From positions 1-33,112 of the IMG/VR virus record IMGVR_UViG_3300020043_003697: a stretch of 33,112 nucleotides of DNA. One strand, given 5' to 3'. Positions 15,050-24,900 of the stretch are shown piece by piece. Each line of letters starts with the position of its first letter. The first letter of the stretch is position 1. The notes under the pieces are model-generated. The model saw only the letters and a list, made by a program, of their open reading frames with translations, was not told the origin of the DNA and searched no databases. The DNA comes from a virus. Its lineage: Duplodnaviria; Caudoviricetes. Made by a program: the position numbers and the translations under genes.

Positions 15050-15871
15050 ATGAATGAAGAAATAATTGCACAAGAATCTGATGACATTGTTAATAATGTA
15101 GATTCTGATAATGTATTTGATAATAACGAAAATGATTCTGAAGAAATTATTGATGATTCTGAAGAATTAGAGCTCGACGGGAAAGTATATAAAGTTCCAA
15201 AAGCAATTAAATCATCTGTAATGAAAAATGCAGATTACACACAAAAAACACAAGAATTAGCGCGAGAGAGAGAAGCAATTGCAAAAATTAGGGAAGAAGC
15301 GCAAAAATATAAAGAAAATATAAAGACAAATATTCAAGAACGTGGTAGGTTATCGGCAATAAATGATACTTTGCAACAGTTTGAGCAAATAAACTGGGCT
15401 GAGTTAAGTGATCAAGACCCATTGCAAGCGCAAAAGCTATGGATTCAAAAGTCACAATTAAAAGATGCTGCAATAGAGTTGCAAAATAAGTTAGACAGTG
15501 AAGAACGGCAAGCCGGAGAGCAGGAGCAGCTTTCAGAAGCCAAGCGATTGCGTGAAGGTCAAGCCATTTTATCGGAAAAAATTCCGAACTGGTCGCCACA
15601 ATTGGCGAGTAATTTAGTTAATTATGCCGCATCCATTGGATGGTCGGAAGGCGAAATTAAAAAAATTACTACAGCACAAGTTATTGCATTGCATAGGGCA
15701 TTCGTTGGGGATCAATTGCTGAATAAGCAAAATCCTAAAGTAAAAAGCGAAGTTGTTAAGCCTGTGACTAAATTAGGGGGAAGTGCATCGATTAAAAAAG
15801 ATGTTTCAGCTATGAGCGATAAAGAATTTGCCGCAATGCGGCGACAACAGATTAAAAACAGAAACAACTAA
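15050..15871 (+). CDS. Capsid scaffolding protein
   Basis: Acidic N-terminus, DYTQKTQELA motif and coiled coil; immediately upstream of the coat gene. Confidence 0.85.
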   Translation: MNEEIIAQESDDIVNNVDSDNVFDNNENDSEEIIDDSEELELDGKVYKVPKAIKSSVMKNADYTQKTQELAREREAIAKIREEAQKYKENIKTNIQERGRLSAINDTLQQFEQINWAELSDQDPLQAQKLWIQKSQLKDAAIELQNKLDSEERQAGEQEQLSEAKRLREGQAILSEKIPNWSPQLASNLVNYAASIGWSEGEIKKITTAQVIALHRAFVGDQLLNKQNPKVKSEVVKPVTKLGGSASIKKDVSAMSDKEFAAMRRQQIKNRNN

Positions 15872-15895
15872 TTTTAAACTACATAAGGAATAAAA

Positions 15896-17092
15896 ATGGC
15901 AAATACTAATGCAACTATTGACATGGTAACGCGAGAAGCGCTACGCATTGCTCATGAAAAAATCCAATTTATTGGAACTGTAGATCGTCAATATGATGAT
16001 TCATTCGGTAAAACTGGCGGAAAAATTGGCTCTACTTTGCGCGTTCGCAAACCAAACCAATACACTCGCACAACTGGCTCACGCGTTATGGATGTGCAAG
16101 ACCAGCAAGAGGCAACAGCAACAATCACGGTTGCAACGCAAGATCACGTTGATATGCGCTTCAATTCTGCTGAATTAGCATTGTCCATTGATGAAATTAG
16201 CCGTCGGTACATTGAGCCTGCAGTATCACAATTGATCTCTGGCATTGAAGCAGACTTCTTGGCGTTTGCTACAAAAGCAACTTATAACGTAGCTGGTACT
16301 GCTGGAACAGCCATTACTTCGCTTGCTACTCCTGGCGCAGCACGTGCAAAATTGAATCAAAACCTTGCGCCTAAGTCGGATCGTTATATTCAGATGGATT
16401 CAATTACAATGGGTAATCTGGTAAACGGTTCTTCGGCTTACTTTAATCCATCACGTGATATTAGTGAACAGTACCGCGAAGGCTTGGTTGCACGTACATC
16501 GATGGCAGATTACTACGAAAATGAGCGCGTGTGGACTGCACAAAATACCGCAGATGTAGCAGGCGAAATTAACGGCGGAACATTGACAAGCGGAATTACA
16601 TCGCTAACAGTTGATGGTTTAACAGTTGCGCCAACTGCTGGCATGGTGTTTACGATTGAAGGTACTTATGACGTTCATCCAGAAACAAAAGTGCCATATT
16701 CACATTTAAAACAGTTTGTATGCTCTGCCGGTTGTACAACAACTAACCTTGTGTTTACGCCTGCAATCATTTTCAGCACAACCGATGCGCGTCAAAATTG
16801 TTCTGGCGCACCCACTGACAATGATGACATCACATTCGTTGGTTCTGCATCAACAAATTACGTTCAGCCACTGATGTATCACAAAGAGGCGTTTCAGTTT
16901 ATTACTGCTGACCTTCCATTGATGGCAAGTTCTGAAAAGTGCGTTCGCCGTACACAAGATGGCTTGTCAATGCGCGTATGGCAGGATTCAGATATTCGTA
17001 ATGATGAGTTGCTTATGCGTATTGATATTTTGTACGGCATGGCTGCATTGCGTCCTGAATGGGCTTGCAGAATGATTGGCGCAGCAGGCTAA
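15896..17092 (+). CDS. Major capsid protein (P22 coat-like)
   Basis: 398 aa; VDRQYDDSF...KIGSTLRVRKP, YHKEAF and RIDILYG..ALRPEWACR motifs. Confidence 0.92.
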   Translation: MANTNATIDMVTREALRIAHEKIQFIGTVDRQYDDSFGKTGGKIGSTLRVRKPNQYTRTTGSRVMDVQDQQEATATITVATQDHVDMRFNSAELALSIDEISRRYIEPAVSQLISGIEADFLAFATKATYNVAGTAGTAITSLATPGAARAKLNQNLAPKSDRYIQMDSITMGNLVNGSSAYFNPSRDISEQYREGLVARTSMADYYENERVWTAQNTADVAGEINGGTLTSGITSLTVDGLTVAPTAGMVFTIEGTYDVHPETKVPYSHLKQFVCSAGCTTTNLVFTPAIIFSTTDARQNCSGAPTDNDDITFVGSASTNYVQPLMYHKEAFQFITADLPLMASSEKCVRRTQDGLSMRVWQDSDIRNDELLMRIDILYGMAALRPEWACRMIGAAG

Positions 17093-17101
17093 TATATAAC
17101 C

Positions 17102-17133
17102 GCAGCCGTTATTTAGCGGCTGCTAACTATTTT
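17102..17133 (+). terminator. Hairpin after the coat gene (terminator or mRNA stabiliser)
   Basis: GCAGCCG (17102-17108) / CGGCTGC (17117-17123) stem; weak T-tail. Confidence 0.55.
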
Positions 17134-17147
17134 ACAAAGGATTAAAA

Positions 17148-17639
17148 ATGGCTATCTCTGCAGATTTGGAACGTTTAGGTTACGGCTCTCCAGCCGGATG
17201 TATTGCAACTGGTCAACACGTACCAGTTATTCAATCAGTTGGCGCTACTCGCACTTTGTTGGCTGAAGAATCCGGTTCGTTGTGCTTGCTTGATTCTGCT
17301 AGCGGTGTTGTTTATACATTGCCTACCCCAGTTGAAGGTATGTACTTCGACTTTTCTGCAACTGTTGCAGTTACATCAAATGCGTACAAAGTTGTGACTG
17401 CTGGCGCATCTGACTACATTGTCGGTAACGTGTTAATTGGTGATACCGTAGTGGCACAATCGGGCGATGTATTTGTTGCTGATGGCACTACAATTCGTGC
17501 AATTTCCGAAGATGGCGCGACAAAAGGTGGTTTAGTTGGCGGTCGTTATCGTTTGACCGCAATTTCCGATTCAAAATGGTTAATTAATGGCGTTACACAT
17601 GGCACTGGCACGCTTGCAACACCGTTTGCAACTAGCTAA
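17148..17639 (+). CDS. Putative capsid decoration/cement protein (163 aa)
   Basis: Follows the coat gene; strong AAGGA SD; beta-rich composition. Confidence 0.6.
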   Translation: MAISADLERLGYGSPAGCIATGQHVPVIQSVGATRTLLAEESGSLCLLDSASGVVYTLPTPVEGMYFDFSATVAVTSNAYKVVTAGASDYIVGNVLIGDTVVAQSGDVFVADGTTIRAISEDGATKGGLVGGRYRLTAISDSKWLINGVTHGTGTLATPFATS

Positions 17640-17644
17640 TTAAA

Positions 17645-17689
17645 TAAGTTGGGCTATGTTAAAGTTATGAATTAATATAGCCCTACTTA
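17645..17689 (+). other. Intergenic stem-loop
   Basis: Imperfect inverted repeat TAAGTTGGGCTATGTTAA / TTAATATAGCCCTACTTA, directly before the next SD. Confidence 0.5.
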
Positions 17690-17700
17690 AAGGATTAAAA

Positions 17701-17895
17701 ATGGTTATTTGGATGATTCACCCAAACAATGGCAAGCATCCTGCATTGCCTTTTGAGGTTGAAGAAATGAAAAAAAACGGCTGGTCAATTTATGAAAAGC
17801 CTACAAAGCCAGTTGAAGCAGAAAAGCAGGAAGAAGTGTTAATACAAGAAGTGCAAAGCAACGTAAAAAAACGCGGCAGACCGGCTAAGGGTTAA
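17701..17895 (+). CDS. Small protein with a C-terminal AT-hook-like motif
   Basis: Ends KKRGRPAKG; AAGGA SD. Confidence 0.75.
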   Translation: MVIWMIHPNNGKHPALPFEVEEMKKNGWSIYEKPTKPVEAEKQEEVLIQEVQSNVKKRGRPAKG

Positions 17896-17897
17896 AT

Positions 17898-18533
17898 ATG
17901 GCAATTACCACATATAATGAATTAAAAGCAGAGGTCGCCAAGTGGTTGCAAACTGATGCGCTTACCGACGAAATACCTAATTTTATACAATTTGCAGAAA
18001 TTGAGTTAAATGCAGAATTGCAAAATAGGGATATGCAAGTTGATGAGCAATTGACGTTATTAGCTGGCTCATCAACAGTAGCAATACCGGCAAGATTTAT
18101 TAGCCCTATTTCATTGGAATTGGTAATTACTGGCGAAGATAATACAGACTTACAATATATTCGCCCTCAAGATGTTGTTAAAAATGACGCGATGGCGACA
18201 CGTCCCGAATACTGGACAATAAACGGATCATATATAGAATTTCCAAACCCTTCAGATCAAACATATTCATTAACTTTTAGAATGCTAAAAGGCTATGATT
18301 TAGCAACAACATTAACAAATACTTTACTGACAAAATATCCGTTACTATATTTGTATGGTGCACTTACTCAAGGCGCAATATATGCTCGTGAGGATGGTAG
18401 AATCGAATTATTCAATGCGCAATACAATAAAGTTTTGGCCAAGGTGAGGCAGTCAGAGGCTAGGAACAATAGGCTAGTTACTTTGCGAACTGATTTTATA
18501 AGCGCAAAAAGTTCAAATATTATAGCGGGGTAA
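17898..18533 (+). CDS. Head-tail adaptor / tail tubular protein A-like
   Basis: MAITTYNELKAEVAKWL...IPNFIQFAE...LLTKYPLLYLYGAL pattern; gene position. Confidence 0.8.
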   Translation: MAITTYNELKAEVAKWLQTDALTDEIPNFIQFAEIELNAELQNRDMQVDEQLTLLAGSSTVAIPARFISPISLELVITGEDNTDLQYIRPQDVVKNDAMATRPEYWTINGSYIEFPNPSDQTYSLTFRMLKGYDLATTLTNTLLTKYPLLYLYGALTQGAIYAREDGRIELFNAQYNKVLAKVRQSEARNNRLVTLRTDFISAKSSNIIAG

Positions 18534-18535
18534 TA

Positions 18536-20572
18536 ATGGCTTTAGAGTCTGGCACGTATATTGACGATCTGGTAGGGACTAATCCTGTTAGTGCAGATGA
18601 TTTGGTTCGCTACGGTGCGGATCATTTAAGATTACTTAAAAATACAATTAAAGCATCGTTCGCTGGATTTACAGATGCTGTCTGCGTTACTGGCGTGGAT
18701 GGTGGTGCTGCAAATGTATATACATTAACACCTGCTACTCCATTACCATCATACGGATCACGTATGATTATTGTTTTCTCTCCTGCGGTAGCCAATACTG
18801 GAGCCGTAACAATCAATGTTTCAAGTCTTGGTGCAAAGTCTGTTAAAAGTGTATCTGGTGCTGCATTGGTGTCAGGTGATTTGGTTGTCAATGTAATTTA
18901 TGTCGCCGTGTATAACGGTACGGATTTTCAATTAACAGCGCCGACAAAAAATTATATTGATCTATTAGATTTGGCGCAAAAAGACTATATAGATCAAATT
19001 GTATTTACGTCTGAACTTCCATCGCAGGGTGGTAATGCTAATAAATACGTTCGCACTAATGGCACTGCTGCATCGTGGCAATACGCGGGTATGGAGTTAG
19101 CTAATCCTGCTGGCGCCACACTTACGAATGGAACTACTTATCAAGCATTTATTGCAAATGCTGCTTACACACTGCCTGATTTTACTAATTCAAAAACTTT
19201 TGGATTGGTAAGCCTATCAAATTCTCCTGCCGTACCAGCTACTGTCACTACATCTGATGGTTGGACAATTGCACCTGATTTAGCGGTCAATACATTTAAG
19301 GCTATTTCGCCATTATCAACAGCAACAGCTCATGGCGCATGGGGCAACAGATTAATGACACCTGCTATTTTTGGTTCTGTTACTGCAGCAAGTGCGCCAA
19401 CAATTCTAGGTGTCGCTGCATTAAGTAGCACATTAAACGTAATTTTATACGGTGTATCAAGCAATACAACAATGTACGTTGTCGCTATAAACCCTACAAC
19501 GGGTGCTTGCGGAACCCCGCTGTCATTAGGTACTACTACCGACGTTCAGCCACATATTTTTGCGGATTCTGCTAATACTTTTGTAGTTGGGTTTAATAAC
19601 TCTGGAGGCTCGGCTGTTATAGCTGGCACTATTTCTTCTTTTGCAATAACTGTAGGAAGCATAGTAAATGGTACATACAGCTATGTTAATTTAATACAAT
19701 TGGCGCAGGGTTTATATCTTCATTCTCCACACAATGGCACAGTAGAAGCGTTTTCTGTTTCTGGTACGGTAGTGCAAAAAGGTAATAATTTAAGCATTGG
19801 TACGTCATTGGCAGATATTGTTAAAATCAACGCGACTCAAGCATTGGCGGTTGGATGCACGACAACAAGTCCTGCACAAATGCAAGCCGTAGTTATAACT
19901 GTTACTGGCAGTACTTCAGCGGCAGGAACTGTATATTCTGCTGCAACATCTGTAGTTCACAACGGTGGAAAAATACCTAGATTTTTAAAAAGTTTATCCA
20001 ATGGTGCTTATGTTGCGTGTTTTGAAAATCAATCCCCAACCTCAACCGGCGATTATTATGCAATGACAGTCTCTGGTACTGTAGTTACAATCGGGACTGT
20101 TTTGCAAATAGCAAATAGTTTGCCGAGTGCGGCATACCCATTAACTTACACTTACCCTTCTGCCGAAGATACTTCACAGCGGGTTGTTGTATATAGTAGT
20201 AATCAATTATTAGTCGGATTATCTGATGGCGCTATCGCATTAAGTGTAACGGGCACAACCATAACAAATGGAGCAAAGTTTGGCACAGCATCGACAAAAT
20301 TTGTTACTGATGCACAAACAGGATTAAATTTTTACGCAGTAACAAGCACCACAATTGACAAGATTACAGTAGCAACTACAACCATATCATCTAGTTATCA
20401 ATTAGTTTCTTCCCCTGTAATAATAGCGGCGGATACAATGAATGATAAGGCAGTAAGTTATTCTGGTACGTGGTACACATGGACATTGCCAACAATGAGC
20501 CACGCAGTCACTTACAATAAATGGTTAAGTGTAAATAGTTCTGACATTAGATTATATGGTGAAATATCATGA
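18536..20572 (+). CDS. Tail fibre / receptor-binding protein (678 aa)
   Basis: Podophage fibre N-terminus (MALESGTYIDDL...GADHLRLLK); repeated VSGTVVT-like units in the C-terminal half. Confidence 0.75.
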   Translation: MALESGTYIDDLVGTNPVSADDLVRYGADHLRLLKNTIKASFAGFTDAVCVTGVDGGAANVYTLTPATPLPSYGSRMIIVFSPAVANTGAVTINVSSLGAKSVKSVSGAALVSGDLVVNVIYVAVYNGTDFQLTAPTKNYIDLLDLAQKDYIDQIVFTSELPSQGGNANKYVRTNGTAASWQYAGMELANPAGATLTNGTTYQAFIANAAYTLPDFTNSKTFGLVSLSNSPAVPATVTTSDGWTIAPDLAVNTFKAISPLSTATAHGAWGNRLMTPAIFGSVTAASAPTILGVAALSSTLNVILYGVSSNTTMYVVAINPTTGACGTPLSLGTTTDVQPHIFADSANTFVVGFNNSGGSAVIAGTISSFAITVGSIVNGTYSYVNLIQLAQGLYLHSPHNGTVEAFSVSGTVVQKGNNLSIGTSLADIVKINATQALAVGCTTTSPAQMQAVVITVTGSTSAAGTVYSAATSVVHNGGKIPRFLKSLSNGAYVACFENQSPTSTGDYYAMTVSGTVVTIGTVLQIANSLPSAAYPLTYTYPSAEDTSQRVVVYSSNQLLVGLSDGAIALSVTGTTITNGAKFGTASTKFVTDAQTGLNFYAVTSTTIDKITVATTTISSSYQLVSSPVIIAADTMNDKAVSYSGTWYTWTLPTMSHAVTYNKWLSVNSSDIRLYGEIS

Positions 20573-20841
20573 TTATTTACCCTATTGGATATGAAAATCC
20601 TGTTCCACAATCTGTCACTAGATTACAGGCTAGATTGGCATTAATTAATGCTGCAAAATGGGATTTAATTAAGCCAATTATTTTAGAAATGAGCGATCCT
20701 GAAAAATCAATTGCGTTAGCTTGGTTTGAGGATTCTATACATTGGCGACGTAATGACCCGTATGTGACGTCAATATCTGCATTGATTGGTTTGAGTTCCA
20801 ATGACGTTGACAATCTATTTATTGAGGCGTCAAGTTTATAA
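20569..20841 (+). CDS. Tail fibre assembly chaperone-like protein
   Basis: VPQSVTRLQARLAL...RRNDP...LIGLSSNDVDNLFIEA; immediately after the fibre gene. Confidence 0.7.
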   Translation: MIIYPIGYENPVPQSVTRLQARLALINAAKWDLIKPIILEMSDPEKSIALAWFEDSIHWRRNDPYVTSISALIGLSSNDVDNLFIEASSL

Positions 20842-22394
20842 TGCCATTAGTTAAATTTACAAATGTCGGAGCGTTGGGGCAGAATCGTGACGCCGACGAA
20901 ATTGACTTAGCATTAACTCCTGCCTTTGAGTGGAGTGGTGGGAATAATGTAAGGTTTTCTGATGGATATGCAGAAAAGTTTACGGGTGAATCCTCGCATC
21001 ATGGCGAACCCTCTGTTATTCCATATGGAATATTTTTTTCTAATACCGCAAACCGTTATGAAGTTTATACGGGGCTTCAAAAAATATACGCCACTACTGG
21101 ATCGACGCACACCGATATTACTCGATCATTAGGCAACTACACTGGGGCTATAGATAATAAATGGACAGGAGCTGTTTTATCTGGAACGTTAATTTTAAAC
21201 AATGGTGTAGATGATCCGCAATTTTGGGCTGGCAACATTGGAACGCCTTGCGCAAAATTAACCAATTGGCCTGCAAATACAAAAGCTAAGGTAATTCGAG
21301 TATTTGATAACTTTATCATTGCGTTAAACATTACCGAAAGCGGGACAAATTATCCGAGCATGGTACGGTGGTCAACTCCTGCCGACCCAGGTACATTGCC
21401 TGCATCATGGGATTACACATCTACTACAAATGATGCTGGTCGCGTTGAAGGTGTTTTATCAAGTACGCCTGACAAAATAGTAGACGGATTAGCGCAGGAA
21501 AATACTTTTTTTATTTATAAAGAAAGTAGCATATATGCGATGCAGTACATTGGCGGGAAGCAAATATTTAGATTTTCAGGTGTGAGTAAAATAGCTGGCG
21601 CAATGGGAATTGATTGCGCTGCTTCTACACCTGTAGGCCACGTAATTTTATCAGATGGCGACGTTTTAATTAATCAAAGTGGAAATATTCAATCGATCAT
21701 TGATAAACGAATGAGGCGATGGATATTTAATAATATTGATTCTGATAATAGGCATAGAAGCTTTGTAGTCGCAAACCCATATAAAAATGAAACATGGATT
21801 TGTTACCCTGAAAACGGAAAAGTATGGCCAAACAAAGCCGTAGTTTGGAATTACAAAGATAATACATTTGCTACGCGAGATATTCAAAATTTAACACATG
21901 CTAATGCAGGCATTATTACAGCCGCTGATACTGACACATGGGCTAGTAGAACTGATACATGGAACGATGCAGATGACATTTGGTCGGTCAATAATTATAG
22001 TCAAGCATCAACAAGGCTAGTTTTGTGCTCTAGCGATAAAAAATTATTATTAGCTGATTTGACGCGCACATTTGACGGCGCAAGTATGACATCCTATATT
22101 GAAAGAACAGGAATTGATTTTGGCTATCCAGAGGCAATTAAATTGTGTAGCGCTGTTCGGCCTAGATTTGATTCTATCGATGGGACTGTCATTCGTGTAT
22201 ATGTAGGTAAGCAAGCAAGCCTTGATAGTGCGATAACGTGGTCGTCCCCTGTAAATTACACGGTCGGAACGTCTTTAAAATGCGATTTTAACGTATCGGG
22301 TAGATATTTAGCGATAAAGTTTGAATCAATTAATTCCGCACCTTGGAGATTAAAATCATTTGACCTTGACATAAAACAATTAGGAATGTATTAA
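20841..22394 (+). CDS. Tail nozzle / DNA stabilisation protein (P22 gp10-like position)
   Basis: 517 aa, beta-propeller-like; VRWS..ADP and C-terminal SGRYLAIKF...W motifs. Confidence 0.75.
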   Translation: MPLVKFTNVGALGQNRDADEIDLALTPAFEWSGGNNVRFSDGYAEKFTGESSHHGEPSVIPYGIFFSNTANRYEVYTGLQKIYATTGSTHTDITRSLGNYTGAIDNKWTGAVLSGTLILNNGVDDPQFWAGNIGTPCAKLTNWPANTKAKVIRVFDNFIIALNITESGTNYPSMVRWSTPADPGTLPASWDYTSTTNDAGRVEGVLSSTPDKIVDGLAQENTFFIYKESSIYAMQYIGGKQIFRFSGVSKIAGAMGIDCAASTPVGHVILSDGDVLINQSGNIQSIIDKRMRRWIFNNIDSDNRHRSFVVANPYKNETWICYPENGKVWPNKAVVWNYKDNTFATRDIQNLTHANAGIITAADTDTWASRTDTWNDADDIWSVNNYSQASTRLVLCSSDKKLLLADLTRTFDGASMTSYIERTGIDFGYPEAIKLCSAVRPRFDSIDGTVIRVYVGKQASLDSAITWSSPVNYTVGTSLKCDFNVSGRYLAIKFESINSAPWRLKSFDLDIKQLGMY

Positions 22395-22642
22395 TGACTT
22401 ACATACCAGATATTTTGCCTTATGACATTAAGTTATTTCCAAAATATTTAAACAATGAGCTGTTAAAGATTGAGGAAAGCCTGATAAGTCAAAAAGATTT
22501 ATTAAGCTTGTCTGCAACAAACGTAGCCCCTTCAAAAGTAGATGAGGGTGATATTCGATTTGCAGATGGTACAGATTGGAACCCAGGTGCTGGCGCAGGT
22601 ATATACGCCTATCACTCTGGCACTTGGAATAAATTAGGATAA
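22394..22642 (+). CDS. Small tail-associated protein (82 aa)
   Basis: EGDIRFADGTDWNPGAGAGIY motif; coupled to the nozzle gene. Confidence 0.7.
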   Translation: MTYIPDILPYDIKLFPKYLNNELLKIEESLISQKDLLSLSATNVAPSKVDEGDIRFADGTDWNPGAGAGIYAYHSGTWNKLG

Positions 22643-22653
22643 GGATAAGCAAA

Positions 22654-22986
22654 ATGATGGGATTACTTGATATGGCATCGCCAGAAAAGAAAATGCAGCA
22701 ACCGCAGCAGCAAAAAATGGGCGGTTTGCTTGATATGGGCAATATGGACAATATGAACAGCCAAAATAATATGCCACAAAATGAGGGCGATGAAAACGAT
22801 AAAATGCTTAACGAAATGTTGCAAAATCCAACGGTTGAAACAGTGCAAAAGATAATTGAGCAAATTTCAGCGAATGGAAATCCTGAATCGCAACAAGTTA
22901 TTCCAATTCTTGAAAAGTTAGAAACGCCTGAGCAAATTACGCAATTTGCTACCTTAGTAAAGCAAGAAAGAGCTATGAATGAATGA
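22654..22986 (+). CDS. Met/Gln/Asn-rich hypothetical protein (110 aa)
   Basis: ORF track; AAGGA SD; GLLDM motif present twice. Confidence 0.7.
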   Translation: MMGLLDMASPEKKMQQPQQQKMGGLLDMGNMDNMNSQNNMPQNEGDENDKMLNEMLQNPTVETVQKIIEQISANGNPESQQVIPILEKLETPEQITQFATLVKQERAMNE

Positions 22987-23440
22987 CATTGCAATGCAAG
23001 GCGCTATTGTTGAAAAAGGGCAAGCTAACTTATTGCACAGAGAAAAAATAGAAGCCTTGCAAAAAGCCGTTTTAGAATTGCCGCAAGCAATGCCTGAATT
23101 AGAGCATTTTTTTGCACATAAAATATATGCAAGAAAAGGTATTATAAAAAAAGGCACAATTTTGGTTGGTGCTATAAAAAAATACTCACACATTAATATT
23201 ATAGTTTACGGCGATAGTTCTGTATTTACTGAAGACGGAGAAGTAAGAATAAAAGGTCATACTGTTTTAGTATCTCAAGGTGGCACTAAAAGAGTTATAT
23301 ATGCACATGAAGACACTTTGTGGATTACCATTATTAGCGCAAACGAAACAGAACCAGAAAAAATAGAAAAAGAAGTTTTGTGTAAAACTTATGATGATTT
23401 TTTAGAATATTGTAGTAATCAGAAATTAATAGGGGAATAA
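22979..23440 (+). CDS. Cupin-like protein (153 aa)
   Basis: EHFFAHKIYARK..IKKGTILVG..KKYSHINI...GTKRVIYAHEDTLWIT pattern. Confidence 0.65.
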   Translation: MNDIAMQGAIVEKGQANLLHREKIEALQKAVLELPQAMPELEHFFAHKIYARKGIIKKGTILVGAIKKYSHINIIVYGDSSVFTEDGEVRIKGHTVLVSQGGTKRVIYAHEDTLWITIISANETEPEKIEKEVLCKTYDDFLEYCSNQKLIGE

Positions 23441-23441
23441 T

Positions 23442-24899
23442 ATGTTTGCAATCGGTTCGGCTATAGCGGCTATCGGTAGCGCGGTAATTGGTGGCGCAAT
23501 GGCTAAAAGTGCTGCAGGCGATGCAGCCGACGCGCAAAGAGAGGCGCAAGAAAGAAATATTGAAGCGCAAAAAGAGGCTAATAAATTAGACCCACGCGTC
23601 CAACAATTAATATATGGCGATGCAAATGCGCCTGAGCCAAGATTAAAAGCTGGTGTTGCACCTATTTATAGTCAACCAGAGCCAGTAGTAAAAACTAGGA
23701 CTGCATATCGTCCATCAACTACAACCGTGGATGATTTTGGCAATCCTGCGTTGACTCCTTATGAAGAACAATATACGGATGTAGGTCAAAGAAGGCTTAT
23801 TAATCCTGCATCTGATTTTGAAACGCCGACACAAGACACCGGAATTATTGGAAGAATTGGCGGATTGTTGGATGTACAACAAAGTCCAGAAACTCAAAAA
23901 TTTAATCAATCGGTTAATGCTTATTTAGGTGGCAATGCGATTGAGGATTTAGGGCAAATTAGAGGGACAGCATTAGGATTGCAAACTGGTAATGTGCCAG
24001 TTAATACAATGCAGGCGGGCACAATTAATGCGCCGTCACAATCTAATGTGGATTTGCAAAAAGCGTATCAAGATGTTATTTACGGAAACCCTGCCGAAAA
24101 CCCTTATTTGACAGGTGCGCTACAGGGTGGGATTGATCAAAGTAGACGAGCATTTAATCAGATGCAAGAGGATGCAATAAGGGGCATTACTGAAAACGTA
24201 TTGCCTAGCATCCGTAGTGGTGCGCAAGCGTCTGGCCAATACGGTGGTAATCGCCAAGCATTGGCTGAAAGTGGCGCAATATCTGAGCTTTCTAGGGCAA
24301 TGGCGAAGGCTGCTGAAAATTATGGAAATCAAAACACGGCTGCTGTCTTAGGCGCAAAAGCTAACGCGTTTGAGGCTGGTCAAGGTCGTGCATTATCTGC
24401 TATGTCTGGACTTGGCGGTCAACAATATTCAACAGGCGCACAAAATGCGCAAATAGCACAGCAAACGGCATTAGCTAACCTTGAATCACAAAACAAAGCG
24501 TTATCGCAAGGCTATTCTAATAAGGCACTAGGCGCCAATATGCAATCAGGATTGCTAGGCTCAATGTATGATTTGCAAAATAGAGCGCAAAATGCCGATA
24601 TAAATAGGCTTGGTAGCGTTGTTAATTTGGTTCAGCCATTTACTAAAAGCCCTGGCATCTCGGTTCAACCATATCAACCCGTATATTCTAATGTTGCCGG
24701 TGGCGCTTTAGGTGGTGCTAGTGCTGGCCTTGGCTTATATAACGCGTTTAATCAACCATCAAGCAATGTTTTGCCTAATGCTGCTAGTGCGCCATCTACA
24801 TTGCCAGGCTTTATGAATAATACTTATTTAAACCCTACCGCGAATAACACTTATGGGTTGCTAGGTAGCGGGTTCCCTAATCCTAAAGGAGATTTGTAA
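23442..24899 (+). CDS. Putative ejection (DNA transfer) protein 1
   Basis: Hydrophobic Gly/Ala N-terminus, Ala/Gln/Gly-rich body; position after the nozzle gene. Confidence 0.7.
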   Translation: MFAIGSAIAAIGSAVIGGAMAKSAAGDAADAQREAQERNIEAQKEANKLDPRVQQLIYGDANAPEPRLKAGVAPIYSQPEPVVKTRTAYRPSTTTVDDFGNPALTPYEEQYTDVGQRRLINPASDFETPTQDTGIIGRIGGLLDVQQSPETQKFNQSVNAYLGGNAIEDLGQIRGTALGLQTGNVPVNTMQAGTINAPSQSNVDLQKAYQDVIYGNPAENPYLTGALQGGIDQSRRAFNQMQEDAIRGITENVLPSIRSGAQASGQYGGNRQALAESGAISELSRAMAKAAENYGNQNTAAVLGAKANAFEAGQGRALSAMSGLGGQQYSTGAQNAQIAQQTALANLESQNKALSQGYSNKALGANMQSGLLGSMYDLQNRAQNADINRLGSVVNLVQPFTKSPGISVQPYQPVYSNVAGGALGGASAGLGLYNAFNQPSSNVLPNAASAPSTLPGFMNNTYLNPTANNTYGLLGSGFPNPKGDL

Positions 24900-24900
24900 A

